This document shows, in pieces, positions 7,112-16,145 of a stretch of DNA of 19,654 bases. This DNA comes from Bacteriovoracaceae bacterium (GTDB lineage: Bacteria; Bdellovibrionota; Bacteriovoracia; Bacteriovoracales; Bacteriovoracaceae). Numbering within the stretch: the first letter of the stretch is position 1; each line of letters starts with the position of its first letter. The notes beneath the pieces are model-generated. The model saw only the letters and a list, made by a program, of their open reading frames with translations. It did no database searches and was not told the origin of the DNA. The stretch is taken from the NCBI GenBank assembly GCA_049599895.1, contig JBMYPC010000053.1, forward strand, positions 1-19,654, written 5' to 3'. A program made the position numbers and the translations under genes.

Positions 7112-9331
7112 TTATCCTGTCTTTTTCTTTTTTAAGTCATTAGGGTTTCGCTTTTTTTGAGGAGCTTGCCCAGGTCTTGGCGCCGGAGGTCGATTTGGTT
7201 TTTCTCCAGATGGTCTAGGCCTTGGGGGACCTCCTCCAGGTGAGTTTGAAAAAAGTCCTCTTGGAATGTTATAGCCTTTTCTTTCAAGAGTTTCGATAAA
7301 CTTAGGGATAAAACCACTGGCCTGATGCTCGCCAATGATCTTTCCATGTTTATCAATATCTCTTTGCATATAAAGAAAAATATCTTGCAAGGTCACAACA
7401 TCACCCTGCATTCCACCAACTTCAGTAATATAAGTAATTCTTCTTGAACCATCATCAAGCCTTGAGGCTTGGATAATAAGATGAATCGCATTAGCGATCA
7501 TCTCTCTAATCGCTTTAGGAGAAAGCCCTGCTCCAGCATATTGAACGAGAGTTTCAACACGCCCGATACACTCCCGGGGATTATTTGAGTGAACAGTTGT
7601 CATCGAGCCATCGTGACCGGTACCCATCGCTTGAAGCATATCAAGTGTTTCCCCACCACGACACTCTCCAACAACAATACGATCAGGTCTCATTCTTAGA
7701 GTTTGTTTTACAAGACAACGAATATCGATCTCTCCATCACCTTCAAGCGTAGGAGGCCTTGTCTCAAGTCTTACTACATGATCTTGAGGAAAGTTAAGTT
7801 CAGCTGAATCCTCACAAGTAATGATCCTTTCATCAGCTTGAATAAAACTTCCGAGGATATTAACAAGAGTTGTCTTACCTGAACCTGTTCCCCCACTAAC
7901 AAGAATATTTCGATGTCCCTCAACGGCAATTCTTAAAAAATCGGCCATATTTTGAGTCAATGATCCAAACTTAACAAGGTCCTTCCAACCCAGACGGTCT
8001 TCGGGAAATTTTCTAATGGTAATCGTACAACCATCAAGGGCCACGGGAGGAATTACAGCATGAACTCTCGAACCATCACTTAATCTGGCATCAACATAGG
8101 GAGTTTTTTCATCGATACGCCTCCCAATAGGAGCAACAATTCTTTCAATAACATGAAGAACTTGGCGATCAGAAGTAAATGTAATTTCGGACTTCTTAAG
8201 ATTCCCACCCATCTCATAATAAATTTTATCTGGACCTACGACCATAATTTCAGAGACATCTTTTCTTGCGAGAAGATCTTCTAAAGGTCCGAGACCTAAG
8301 GCTTCATCGAGAATTTCTTTTACAAGTCTTTGCATCTCGTCTCGAGAGTTTATAATTCCCTTAATCTCTTCTTTTCCTAAAATATCAACAACCTGCTTTC
8401 GAGTTTTTTCTTTAAGAATGACCAGAGCTTTAGGATCATTATCGTTGTCCTCTTTAAGGTCCATTGTTTCAACAAGCTGTTTGTGAACACGGCTCTTTAA
8501 CGCCGTCCAAGCACTTTTCCCCTTACTGTCGTCGTCTCTAGAACTTCTTGCTCCGACATTCTCAGGCTTATTAATATTCGCAAGTGTTTTGAGAATATTG
8601 TTTTGAAGAATCTTACGAATAACTTCAGAAGCACCTTTGGCGAAGGCCGAGTTTTTTTGCGCAAGGACAGCCGGTTTTTTTGCACTTAAGGCCTGAACAC
8701 AAGTTTGCTCGTCTTTAGGTACAACACTCAAAACAGGTTTTCCGATTGTTTTTGAAACAACTTCAGGTGTTACAGGATGCCCTTTGACATATTGGTTTAA
8801 AACCACATGGAGCATTTCTTTTGGAAACATTAGTGAAACCAGTTCGGCATAAAGCCTTTTGGTTTGGTTCATTGCCAAGATGTCAGGAGTTGTCACCAGC
8901 ATGATCATGGTTGAATATTCCATGGCCTTTAAGGCCAGATCATTCAACTCACTTCCACAATCAATAATGGTTAAAGGATAGATTTTTGTAACACCCTTTA
9001 AAAAAACACCAAGGTTTTCAGGATTAATTGTACTTGATTTTGTTGGATCACTCGGCATTCCAATATAAGAGACACCTGAAGAATGAGTCTGAGCAAAGGT
9101 TGCAACGGATCTTGGATCAACCACTCCAGAAAACTCTGAAAGTTCTTTCACTGTTTTTTTAGGTTTAATTCCAGTAATAAAGTCCTGATCACCACTGGCC
9201 TTTTGGTCAAAGTCGAGAAGAAGAGATTTCTTCTTTGTATCAATCGCATAAGAAAACGCAAAGTTCGCCGCAAGTTGAGACTTACCAACTCCCCCTTTTC
9301 CACCAACTATGCTAATGACATATCCGGCCAT
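7112..9331 (-). CDS. tadA: Fusion of a TadZ/CpaE-like (MinD/ParA) domain and TadA/CpaF ATPase
   Basis: N-terminal deviant Walker A KGGVGKS and IIDCG. C-terminal GLGPLEDLL, DARLSDGSRV, GGTGSGKTT, LRMRPDRIVVGE, TGHDGSMTTVH. Pro-rich tail. Confidence 0.93.
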   Translation of the reverse strand: MAGYVISIVGGKGGVGKSQLAANFAFSYAIDTKKKSLLLDFDQKASGDQDFITGIKPKKTVKELSEFSGVVDPRSVATFAQTHSSGVSYIGMPSDPTKSSTINPENLGVFLKGVTKIYPLTIIDCGSELNDLALKAMEYSTMIMLVTTPDILAMNQTKRLYAELVSLMFPKEMLHVVLNQYVKGHPVTPEVVSKTIGKPVLSVVPKDEQTCVQALSAKKPAVLAQKNSAFAKGASEVIRKILQNNILKTLANINKPENVGARSSRDDDSKGKSAWTALKSRVHKQLVETMDLKEDNDNDPKALVILKEKTRKQVVDILGKEEIKGIINSRDEMQRLVKEILDEALGLGPLEDLLARKDVSEIMVVGPDKIYYEMGGNLKKSEITFTSDRQVLHVIERIVAPIGRRIDEKTPYVDARLSDGSRVHAVIPPVALDGCTITIRKFPEDRLGWKDLVKFGSLTQNMADFLRIAVEGHRNILVSGGTGSGKTTLVNILGSFIQADERIITCEDSAELNFPQDHVVRLETRPPTLEGDGEIDIRCLVKQTLRMRPDRIVVGECRGGETLDMLQAMGTGHDGSMTTVHSNNPRECIGRVETLVQYAGAGLSPKAIREMIANAIHLIIQASRLDDGSRRITYITEVGGMQGDVVTLQDIFLYMQRDIDKHGKIIGEHQASGFIPKFIETLERKGYNIPRGLFSNSPGGGPPRPRPSGEKPNRPPAPRPGQAPQKKRNPNDLKKKKTG

Positions 9332-9342
9332 AAAACTTTTAT

Positions 9343-10863
9343 TTACCTTCTTCTTTGTCTAAACTTTCTCTTAATTTCCTCTGTTCCCTCTTCTGCTGAT
9401 TCAATAATTTCAGGAGTGATAAACATCGCAAATTGAGATTTCTGATTGATATGAGACTTTGCTCTTAAAAAATTAAAAAGTGGTTGAGTTTGAGTCGATC
9501 CATCTGATTCCTGTTGGGCGCCTGCATCCGGATCACGATCAAAGTCCGTAGAAGTCAGTTTTTTTACCACTCCACCAACAACTGCAGAAGATCCAGATTT
9601 CACAACAATACTTGTACTAATTGAATTATTCTCCTGGACGATAGGCGTCCCAGCAAAAGCAGTGACATTTATTCCAAGATTGAGATTTACTTTTTCACCC
9701 GGAAGGATCGTTGGACCAGATCCATCCTGACCAGTTGTTCCTATACTTAAGTTAAAAGTAGCTTCCGCTCTCTCCGACCGTGTGAACTCTCCCGATCCCA
9801 CCCCATAATTTTGAGTTGAAGACTTTGAGATGTTTGCAGGAGTCCCTTCTTTAGTAATAACAACACCAGATTGAAGAACTCTCGCATAACCAGCGTTTTT
9901 AGCGGTTGTAAGCTTTGGAAAAAGATTACTGATAAATGCCCCAAGAGTTCCTTCTTGAGACTGACTGGTAAGACCTCCATTTCCTTTTCCAATTTGAATT
10001 CCACCACCAGTTGACATCAATGGTTGCCATTTAAATCCAAACAAACGGTTATAGTCTTTAGTAAGTTCAACAAACTGAGCACTCACTTTAATAAGTTTCG
10101 GTATCTCTGGAGGCGACTCTTTCGGGTTTGCTGTAATGAAGTTTTCAATTGGCTCTTTTTTAACAGTTTGAACAGATCCCGTTCTTCTTGCAAGGGATTC
10201 AATATTATCTGGTAAATAAGCCTTTGCAATTTTAAATGCTAACGCCACTTGATCTCTTGAAGAAACAACACCCTCTAGCCAATACACTTTATTAACAACT
10301 CGAACAGTGACATCCTTCATTTGATATTCTTGAATCTGGTTTTGCATTTTCCTTGCAATAATTCTTTGAGTTTGCGGCGATAATTCCACAAGCCTTAAAA
10401 CTTCAGGATAAGCATCGAGAACGGCTACGACTTTTCCAATATCATCGGGAACAACGATATAACCACCAACATAAACTTTATTTGCCTTAATCCCTATTTC
10501 TAAACCTTCAACATCACCTAAAAACTGCTTGAGTTCATTTACAACTTTTGATTGATCCGTTTCCGTGATGTTTAAAATATAGATTTTTCGAACATCACGA
10601 ACTTTATTTCGAATAGTGACGTTGGTGTTTCCAGGTTTCAGAGGTTTAAAGACAATCTCTCGTTTATTGGGAATCAAGATCGTGCTGACGACTGATTGGT
10701 CTCCAATATCAAGCTTTGTATGAGGGGCAAAATCATATTTCATGATTTTATCGATTCCCACAACAAGGTCGACCTTTTCTTCGTATTGCTTATTAGGATT
10801 TGGAGTTTGTCCAAAACTTTTAAACGAGATGAAACAAAGTGAAAGGATGAAAACTAATTTCAA
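9343..10863 (-). CDS. cpaC: Tad secretin RcpA/CpaC-like, with BON-like segments
   Basis: Signal peptide, N-terminal pilus-formation-like domain (KPGNTNVTI), LIKVSAQFVE, C-terminal FITPEII secretin-like motif. TTG start with GGAG SD; sits between cpaB and tadA. Confidence 0.8.
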   Translation of the reverse strand: MKLVFILSLCFISFKSFGQTPNPNKQYEEKVDLVVGIDKIMKYDFAPHTKLDIGDQSVVSTILIPNKREIVFKPLKPGNTNVTIRNKVRDVRKIYILNITETDQSKVVNELKQFLGDVEGLEIGIKANKVYVGGYIVVPDDIGKVVAVLDAYPEVLRLVELSPQTQRIIARKMQNQIQEYQMKDVTVRVVNKVYWLEGVVSSRDQVALAFKIAKAYLPDNIESLARRTGSVQTVKKEPIENFITANPKESPPEIPKLIKVSAQFVELTKDYNRLFGFKWQPLMSTGGGIQIGKGNGGLTSQSQEGTLGAFISNLFPKLTTAKNAGYARVLQSGVVITKEGTPANISKSSTQNYGVGSGEFTRSERAEATFNLSIGTTGQDGSGPTILPGEKVNLNLGINVTAFAGTPIVQENNSISTSIVVKSGSSAVVGGVVKKLTSTDFDRDPDAGAQQESDGSTQTQPLFNFLRAKSHINQKSQFAMFITPEIIESAEEGTEEIKRKFRQRRR

Positions 10864-10865
10864 TT

Positions 10866-11684
10866 TTATCTCCCAGTCCTTTTATTATTCTTTTGAATAA
10901 AAAACTGTTTCGCTTCAGCTGAGTCTTGATCATTGAGAACATCAAAAAGTTTTGTCGCTTGAATTCGAACCTGCTCTTTATCCGCATGATTACGAAGAGA
11001 AAGATAAAGCGGATAACCTGCATATTGCTGAATATAAATTAACTTTTGTGCCTGAAATGGAGTCACTTCCAAAGTCACTGTATTGTAATCAGCATAAGTC
11101 GAAAGGTTCATTTTCTTAATCACTTTTGGATATTTCACTCCAATAACAGGAAGTGAGTTTGTTAAACTCTTTCCGGTGGAGAGAACATAAACGTCTTGAA
11201 AAAGTGTCATCACTTTTTGTCGATCTTTCTCTCCATCGCTGTAGTCAATCGTTGCGATAACATCGACGCGGTCACCGGGCTTAATCAGCTTTCCAACGGC
11301 TCTAAGATCGTTCACGACCATAGCAATTGCACGCTTACCAACACTAACCTGCCTAGATAATCCTGTTTTTGCTCCAGGAAAAGTCACTCTTGGTTTTGTA
11401 ATCTGCTCGCCTTTAAGAATTGGTACAGTAGCAACGGTTCCATCAACGTCTTTGATTGAACCAAAAGCGCCAGGAGATTTAAAAGAATTTGGAACGTTCA
11501 TGACCGTAACTTTTGAGTCATCGATGAGTTCAAGCTCTTTGATATTCTGCTTGGCCACAACAACGGCTTTTTCACGACCATATCTTTTTGTGATACTCGC
11601 TTTTTGATCATCAATATAAGTGTTCACTAAGAACATTGCGAAAATGGCAATGAGAAGAGAAAGTGTAAACGCGCGTGAATTCAT
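10866..11684 (-). CDS. cpaB: Flp pilus assembly protein CpaB/RcpC
   Basis: N-terminal TM, SAF domain (VVVAKQNI...ILKGEQI), GKRAIAM, IKPGDRVDVI, VTLEVTP. Confidence 0.93.
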   Translation of the reverse strand: MNSRAFTLSLLIAIFAMFLVNTYIDDQKASITKRYGREKAVVVAKQNIKELELIDDSKVTVMNVPNSFKSPGAFGSIKDVDGTVATVPILKGEQITKPRVTFPGAKTGLSRQVSVGKRAIAMVVNDLRAVGKLIKPGDRVDVIATIDYSDGEKDRQKVMTLFQDVYVLSTGKSLTNSLPVIGVKYPKVIKKMNLSTYADYNTVTLEVTPFQAQKLIYIQQYAGYPLYLSLRNHADKEQVRIQATKLFDVLNDQDSAEAKQFFIQKNNKRTGR

Positions 11685-11706
11685 ATGACCCTCATAAACT
11701 CAATAA

Positions 11707-11733
11707 ATGTCGACACTTAAATAATAACCCTGA
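11707..11733 (-). promoter_or_regulatory. Possible internal sigma28 promoter for cpaB-cpaC-tadZ/A-tadB
   Basis: TCAGGGTT-N11-GTCGACAT in the 106-bp gap; correct spacing but degenerate boxes. Confidence 0.4.
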
Positions 11734-11790
11734 GTAGGGGAATAAGTTTTTAGGAGGCATATTGTGCTGGAAACCGAATTCTAGAGAAGA

Positions 11791-12303
11791 TTAATCTGTT
11801 AAAACACAACTCGCCACAAGATTTGCTGAATAATTCACTGAATATTGGCCATTCGAAGCAATATAGTCGGCCGTACAAGTTCCATAGAAATTAAAAAGCC
11901 TGATAAAGCTAGTCTGTTCTTCAGCTGCAGGAGTTGGCTGTTCACATGTCTCATCAACATCTCCGCCAAAAAAACGGGAAACAGGATAGCAAGCCGCAAG
12001 TGAAGAAGAACCAGCAGTCCCCTCTTTTAAACGATAGCCAAAGGAATACATTCCAAAACTTCTAATATTTGCTGTTTGTTGTAACTGAACGAGGTCAGAA
12101 TAATTTGGAATATAGGAGTCGTTACGAACATAATGCCAAAAAAAGCCTCTTAAAACTTTTTGCTGATTAATGGCACCATTAATTGAATTTCCAAAAGTCA
12201 TAAGAAGAACAAAAAGAAAAATCACAAAAGGAAGAAAGATAATAAGCTCAAAAAAAGCCTGTCCTTCTTCAGAGTTTAAATTTTTTTTAACTTTAGCATC
12301 CAT
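11791..12303 (-). CDS. TadE-like pseudopilin
   Basis: EEG|QAFFELIIFLPF prepilin motif with Glu at +5, hydrophobic helix, Cys-containing C-domain. ATG 12303 overlaps the upstream gene end (alternative start 12309). Confidence 0.8.
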   Translation of the reverse strand: MDAKVKKNLNSEEGQAFFELIIFLPFVIFLFVLLMTFGNSINGAINQQKVLRGFFWHYVRNDSYIPNYSDLVQLQQTANIRSFGMYSFGYRLKEGTAGSSSLAACYPVSRFFGGDVDETCEQPTPAAEEQTSFIRLFNFYGTCTADYIASNGQYSVNYSANLVASCVLTD

Positions 12304-12847
12304 TATCAAATAAGGTCCTATGATTCTCGACTTCAGAAGCTCCCCCAGATAAACCCGAGGCCAAATTATTATAAAGATTTAGTATCTGCCCGTGACAATA
12401 ACCTCTCCCAGGTTCTTTCCCTATAAAAGATTCTGAACGCATTCGAAGCTCTTCATCCCCGCCAAACATGGCCATAGGAGAAAAAGTTTTTTGAAATTCT
12501 GCCCACGCACCAACGTAAACTCTTCGACTCATTTCATTTTGCGAATTGAAATTTATCTTCCCATCAAAACCATTGATAAGATTTCGAATCTTAAAAAGAT
12601 TAAATACTTTTCTTCCAAACCTCTCAGCGTCACCATGAGCACTTGAAAGATCATTATGGTTAAATTCGTGAGTGAGATAAGCCCGTGAAGCCGAAAATGT
12701 TGCATAATGAAGAGCGTAGCCTTCACCATAAATGAGAGTTGTTCTTAGCATTAGCATGACGAGACCAAAAATGATCGTAAAGCCAATAATAAACTCTATT
12801 GTGGACTGACCTTTTTGATTTTTACATTCCTTCCCAAATCTTTTCAT
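12293..12847 (-). CDS. TadE-like pseudopilin
   Basis: Start reassigned to ATG 12847 (MKRFGKECKNQKG|QSTIEFII), just after the upstream stop at 12852. YATFSASRA resembles the TadE AAR motif. Confidence 0.82.
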   Translation of the reverse strand: MKRFGKECKNQKGQSTIEFIIGFTIIFGLVMLMLRTTLIYGEGYALHYATFSASRAYLTHEFNHNDLSSAHGDAERFGRKVFNLFKIRNLINGFDGKINFNSQNEMSRRVYVGAWAEFQKTFSPMAMFGGDEELRMRSESFIGKEPGRGYCHGQILNLYNNLASGLSGGASEVENHRTLFDNGC

Positions 12848-12851
12848 TCTC

Positions 12852-13190
12852 TCACCTTGGATACTTTTCAAGAGGAAGAAAAAATCTTGAGTTTTGACCA
12901 TTACACGGAGACTTACAATAAGATTCATGAATACCATTGTAGTCATAACGATCAGATTCTCTCGTTTGAGAATCTTCCATGGTTCCATGTCTGTAACCAT
13001 ATTGGATTTTTGTCGCGATCATTCTGAAAAATTGAGAATCATTTCCAAAGAAGCTTCGAAACTGATCACTTTTAAAAACAAGGTTGATGGCCGAGACAAT
13101 AATAAGAAGGAGCAGAATGTACTCAATGACACTTTGACCAAGGTTGGAGTTTAGATCTCTAAATACTTTATTGATAAATTTGCTATCCAT
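12852..13190 (-). CDS. Flp/TadE-like minor pilin
   Basis: NLG|QSVIEYILLLLIIV class III signal and pilin motif. Confidence 0.8.
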   Translation of the reverse strand: MDSKFINKVFRDLNSNLGQSVIEYILLLLIIVSAINLVFKSDQFRSFFGNDSQFFRMIATKIQYGYRHGTMEDSQTRESDRYDYNGIHESYCKSPCNGQNSRFFLPLEKYPR

Positions 13191-13657
13191 GCTAAAAAAA
13201 CAACTGGGGCATACGGTACTTTACTTCCTAATTTAAAATACACTGACTTGAGTTTCCCCATGTAGAGTTCCATTTTAAGTTCATTTCGTCTTTTTACCAA
13301 ATTTATAAGAAGAAAAACAAAACCGACTAAAACACTCAGCAAGATAATCTTATTGAGAAACACCAATTGATCAGTCTTTGGTAACAAAAGAAAAAAAGTT
13401 GAAATGAACTTCACATCTCCTGCTCCCATAATTTTTAAACTAAAGAGCCCAAAACCCACGACCAAAAAACCAAGGGGGACAGCGAAATGCTTTAAAGAAA
13501 GAACATAGGACTCCTTCCAAAAAAGAAATAGCCCTATCGTTAAAAGAATGTTTGCAATAGACCAATAGTTCGAGATCTTTTTATATTTAAGATCGATTAA
13601 ACTCACAAAGAACAGTTCAAGTGTTAAAAATATTTCGAAGAGTTGAGTCGAGCTCAT
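13151..13657 (-). CDS. cpaA: Prepilin peptidase CpaA/TadV (A24 family)
   Basis: IDLKYKKISN and MGAGDVK catalytic aspartates, PYAP motif, multi-TM, no methyltransferase domain. Confidence 0.92.
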   Translation of the reverse strand: MSSTQLFEIFLTLELFFVSLIDLKYKKISNYWSIANILLTIGLFLFWKESYVLSLKHFAVPLGFLVVGFGLFSLKIMGAGDVKFISTFFLLLPKTDQLVFLNKIILLSVLVGFVFLLINLVKRRNELKMELYMGKLKSVYFKLGSKVPYAPVVFLAWIANLSIKYLEI

Positions 13658-13872
13658 TTGCTTTGCTGATTCTCATAAGCATCGCCCATACAGTTTGTTT
13701 TACAATACCCTGATGATAAATGCTGGCTTAGATAATAGGACAACCTCGTTGAAGAGTCCTCCATGAAACCAGCAATTGACTTCACAAAGCTCACCCCAAT
13801 TAAAGACATAAATGCGAATAATAGAATGTATTCGATCGTGGCCTGACCGGAATTTCGGAAGGTTTTTCTCAT
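13654..13872 (-). CDS. Flp-like minor pilin
   Basis: SG|QATIEYILLFAF motif, C-terminal CxxxC, ATGA overlap with cpaA. Confidence 0.82.
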   Translation of the reverse strand: MRKTFRNSGQATIEYILLFAFMSLIGVSFVKSIAGFMEDSSTRLSYYLSQHLSSGYCKTNCMGDAYENQQSK

Positions 13873-13925
13873 AGTTTCAATCTAACCTAAGTTAAAAAAC
13901 TAGGCCAGATACGGAAACTATTAGC

Positions 13926-14117
13926 TTACTGAGCGTCTAGCTCGTCAACAAATGAGTTGGTCTTGTCAAAGACACTATCTGTGATGTTCTCGAGTTGCTT
14001 ACCAAGTTTTTCTCTAAACTTGATAACAATCATAGCAACAACAGCAACAAGCAAGATGTACTCTGTTGACGTTTGCCCGTCCTCATCTCTCAAAAAGCTA
14101 AGGATAAGACTTTTCAT
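13926..14117 (-). CDS. flp: Flp family major pilin
   Basis: FLRDEDG|QTSTEYILLVAVVAM, 63 aa, AGGAG SD, first gene of the cluster. Confidence 0.93.
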   Translation of the reverse strand: MKSLILSFLRDEDGQTSTEYILLVAVVAMIVIKFREKLGKQLENITDSVFDKTNSFVDELDAQ

Positions 14118-14162
14118 ATCTCGTTCTCCTACACCTAGATAATTCAGTGTTTCTGATAGAAC

Positions 14163-14189
14163 TTATCGGAATCTCTTAGTGATTCTTTA
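14163..14189 (-). promoter_or_regulatory. sigma28 (FliA) promoter of flp and the Tad operon
   Basis: TAAA-N15-TCCGATAA, 45 nt upstream of the flp ATG. Confidence 0.8.
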
Positions 14190-14356
14190 GGTCCAAACAG
14201 AAATACTTGAATATCTCCCTCCATCATACCGCACAAAGTCAAAAAATCCTAAATTGATCCCCGACCAATCAGAATTTCAAGTATTTACAAAGTCAAGTAC
14301 TGTAAAAAAAGCTGTACTGCTGCTCAAAATGGGCACTTTCGGTGTATAGTAGAGGA

Positions 14357-14530
14357 AGTGGAAGTAGGCTCCCGGACAAGTGTTTCCGCCCTACAATATT
14401 ATTGAGGGAAGCGGTCCCTGATCACGGTGAGCAAGCTCACATGAATAGAGTGAGAAGCCTAAAGTGGTTATTAACTGCGGCCACCTGCTGTTTAGCGGGC
14501 GGAATCCTTAAGGTGGAGTCTACTTTCACT
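14357..14530 (+). ncRNA. ssrS: 6S RNA
   Basis: About 174-nt rod. 16-bp closing stem AGTGGAAGTAGGCTCC / GGAGTCTACTTTCACT, TTCCGCCC / GGGCGGAA, central bubble, TGATCAC / GTGGTTA. Apical GGTGAGCAAGCTC...GAGAAGCCTAAA closely resembles E. coli 6S (GGUGAGCAUGCUC...GAGAAGCCUUAAA, recalled). TATAGT -10 at 14345-14350. Confidence 0.88.
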
Positions 14531-14561
14531 GCTTTTAAGCTCTAATAAGTCCTCTCATTCA

Positions 14562-14591
14562 TTGACATCCCTTCCCACTCGTTGCCAAAAT
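14562..14591 (+). promoter_or_regulatory. sigma70-type promoter, possibly producing a leaderless mRNA
   Basis: TTGACA (14562-14567), 18 nt, CAAAAT (14586-14591). ATG follows 6 nt later with no SD. Confidence 0.5.
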
Positions 14592-14597
14592 ATTGAT

Positions 14598-15125
14598 ATG
14601 TATAACTATCAAAACGAAACACAAAGTACGAAATGGATTGAAAACCTCGCGATCGAAGAGATCAACATGGAGGAGACCGGAGTCATCAATATGGATGATC
14701 ACCTCAATCCAGAATTTTTTCTCGAAGAAGCTTCAGTCAGTTTTATGAATGAACTTCGAGAGAAGTTTGATGTTTTCGTGACAAAGTTCAACGAACTTCG
14801 TGGTCATGAATCAAATGCCACAATCAAAGTTTTTAAAATTTCTAATACAGTTAACGACTTTATGCTTTTTAGAAATTCATTAAGATTGATTTTTGCAAGA
14901 AAGGCCAAAGATACAATTCAAGTTCATTTTATCTCTAATGGTAAAGATCTCTACTCTGCTCGCCTTAAAAAAGGTGAATCAACTTTTAGAGATTCCTCTC
15001 ATGAGATTAAAGCAATCGTTGGACCTTTCAACGACATTCGCTGGCTTTTTCAAGGAGAGCCCGTCGATCAAGATGCTTTAGTGAGACATTATCTTTCGGA
15101 ATTTATTCGAAACTCTGCTCAATAA
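14598..15125 (+). CDS. Hypothetical cytoplasmic protein (175 aa)
   Basis: Long ORF with normal globular composition. ATG 14598 preferred because the TTG at 14562 is the -35 box. No family recognised. Confidence 0.8.
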   Translation: MYNYQNETQSTKWIENLAIEEINMEETGVINMDDHLNPEFFLEEASVSFMNELREKFDVFVTKFNELRGHESNATIKVFKISNTVNDFMLFRNSLRLIFARKAKDTIQVHFISNGKDLYSARLKKGESTFRDSSHEIKAIVGPFNDIRWLFQGEPVDQDALVRHYLSEFIRNSAQ

Positions 15126-15153
15126 CCCTTTCATATCGAGCTTTCAATCTCGA

Positions 15154-16140
15154 CTAGATATAAGTAATTCGAGAACTTCCCTGGCTTCTTGCTGACTTTG
15201 TTTTCTTAATACCGTTAAGTCTCTTAAACGTAATTTCAAGAGATTCTTTAATGGTTGGCATCTTCACTTTTAAAAAACTCTCTACGTTAGATACATCTAA
15301 TTGAAAATAAAGTTCTTCTGAAAGTTCATCAGTATCTTCTGTTCGAATATAGGGAAAAGACCATTTTCCTGAAACCATTGAACCTAAATCTTCATCAAAG
15401 ACTTCAGCATAGGTTTGAGCAAACTCATAATGAGTCATAATGTCTGATGAACAGATTTGAAAAAGTCTGTTGCTGAAATCTTGTTCAATCGCAAGCTTAA
15501 TCACCGCCCCAAGAAAATAAACATCAAGGAATCCATGCTTGATTTTATTATCAAGAATGAACTTTTGATTAAAAGCCGCCTTCCTTTGAAGTTTTTCAAA
15601 AAAAGTATAGCGGTTCATGGCAAGGGATCTTCCATAAAGTAAACTTGAACGGAAGATAATATAATTTAGTGAATTCTTTTGAAGATAAAACTCTGATGCC
15701 GCTTGAGTTTTCCCATAAACAGTCAACGAATCGGGAATATCCATCTCCATATATTTTTTCTTCTCTCCACCAAAGACATAACTTGAGGAGAGATAACAGA
15801 TCCTGGCTTTATAGCGTTCACAATATTCAATGGCATTAATAAGCCCACTGGTATTAAGGGCCTCAGCGATATTTTCAGTATGAGCACATTCCGCAACCGT
15901 TGCTAAACCAGCACAGTAAATCACAAAGTCAGGCCTTGCAGCATAGACTGCCATTTGAACTTCTTCTTTTGTTAAAACATCACAGGGAAAAGTTGTGACT
16001 CCATCAACTTGGACCTTGGTTTTTTGATAAGTCCCATAAACTTTAAAGTCGTTCTTAAGATATTCAGCAAGGTTTGATCCCACAAAAGATGAGATACCGA
16101 TAATCAAGACTGTTTTGGTATGTTTTTTCTTTATTTCCAC
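15154..16140 (-). CDS. RmlD-like (dTDP-4-dehydrorhamnose reductase family) SDR with divergent active site
   Basis: VLIIGISSFVG Rossmann motif, PDFVIYCAG, LSSSYVFGG, VYGKTQ. Start set at GTG 16140; the upstream extension of the track ORF crosses structured non-coding DNA. Confidence 0.85.
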   Translation of the reverse strand: MEIKKKHTKTVLIIGISSFVGSNLAEYLKNDFKVYGTYQKTKVQVDGVTTFPCDVLTKEEVQMAVYAARPDFVIYCAGLATVAECAHTENIAEALNTSGLINAIEYCERYKARICYLSSSYVFGGEKKKYMEMDIPDSLTVYGKTQAASEFYLQKNSLNYIIFRSSLLYGRSLAMNRYTFFEKLQRKAAFNQKFILDNKIKHGFLDVYFLGAVIKLAIEQDFSNRLFQICSSDIMTHYEFAQTYAEVFDEDLGSMVSGKWSFPYIRTEDTDELSEELYFQLDVSNVESFLKVKMPTIKESLEITFKRLNGIKKTKSARSQGSSRITYI

Positions 16141-16145
16141 GTCTA

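Noticed and set aside
12848..13000. N-terminal extension of the 235-aa pseudopilin ORF
   Set aside because: Overlaps the upstream pilin gene; the prepilin motif fits ATG 12847.
14331..14342. Half-REP-like GGGCACTTTCGG upstream of 6S
   Set aside because: Short, imperfect, not palindromic and inside the promoter spacer; may be chance.
14342..14545. 67-aa ORF on the + strand
   Set aside because: Coincides with the 6S RNA fold, starts within its -10 region and has no SD or recognisable protein features.
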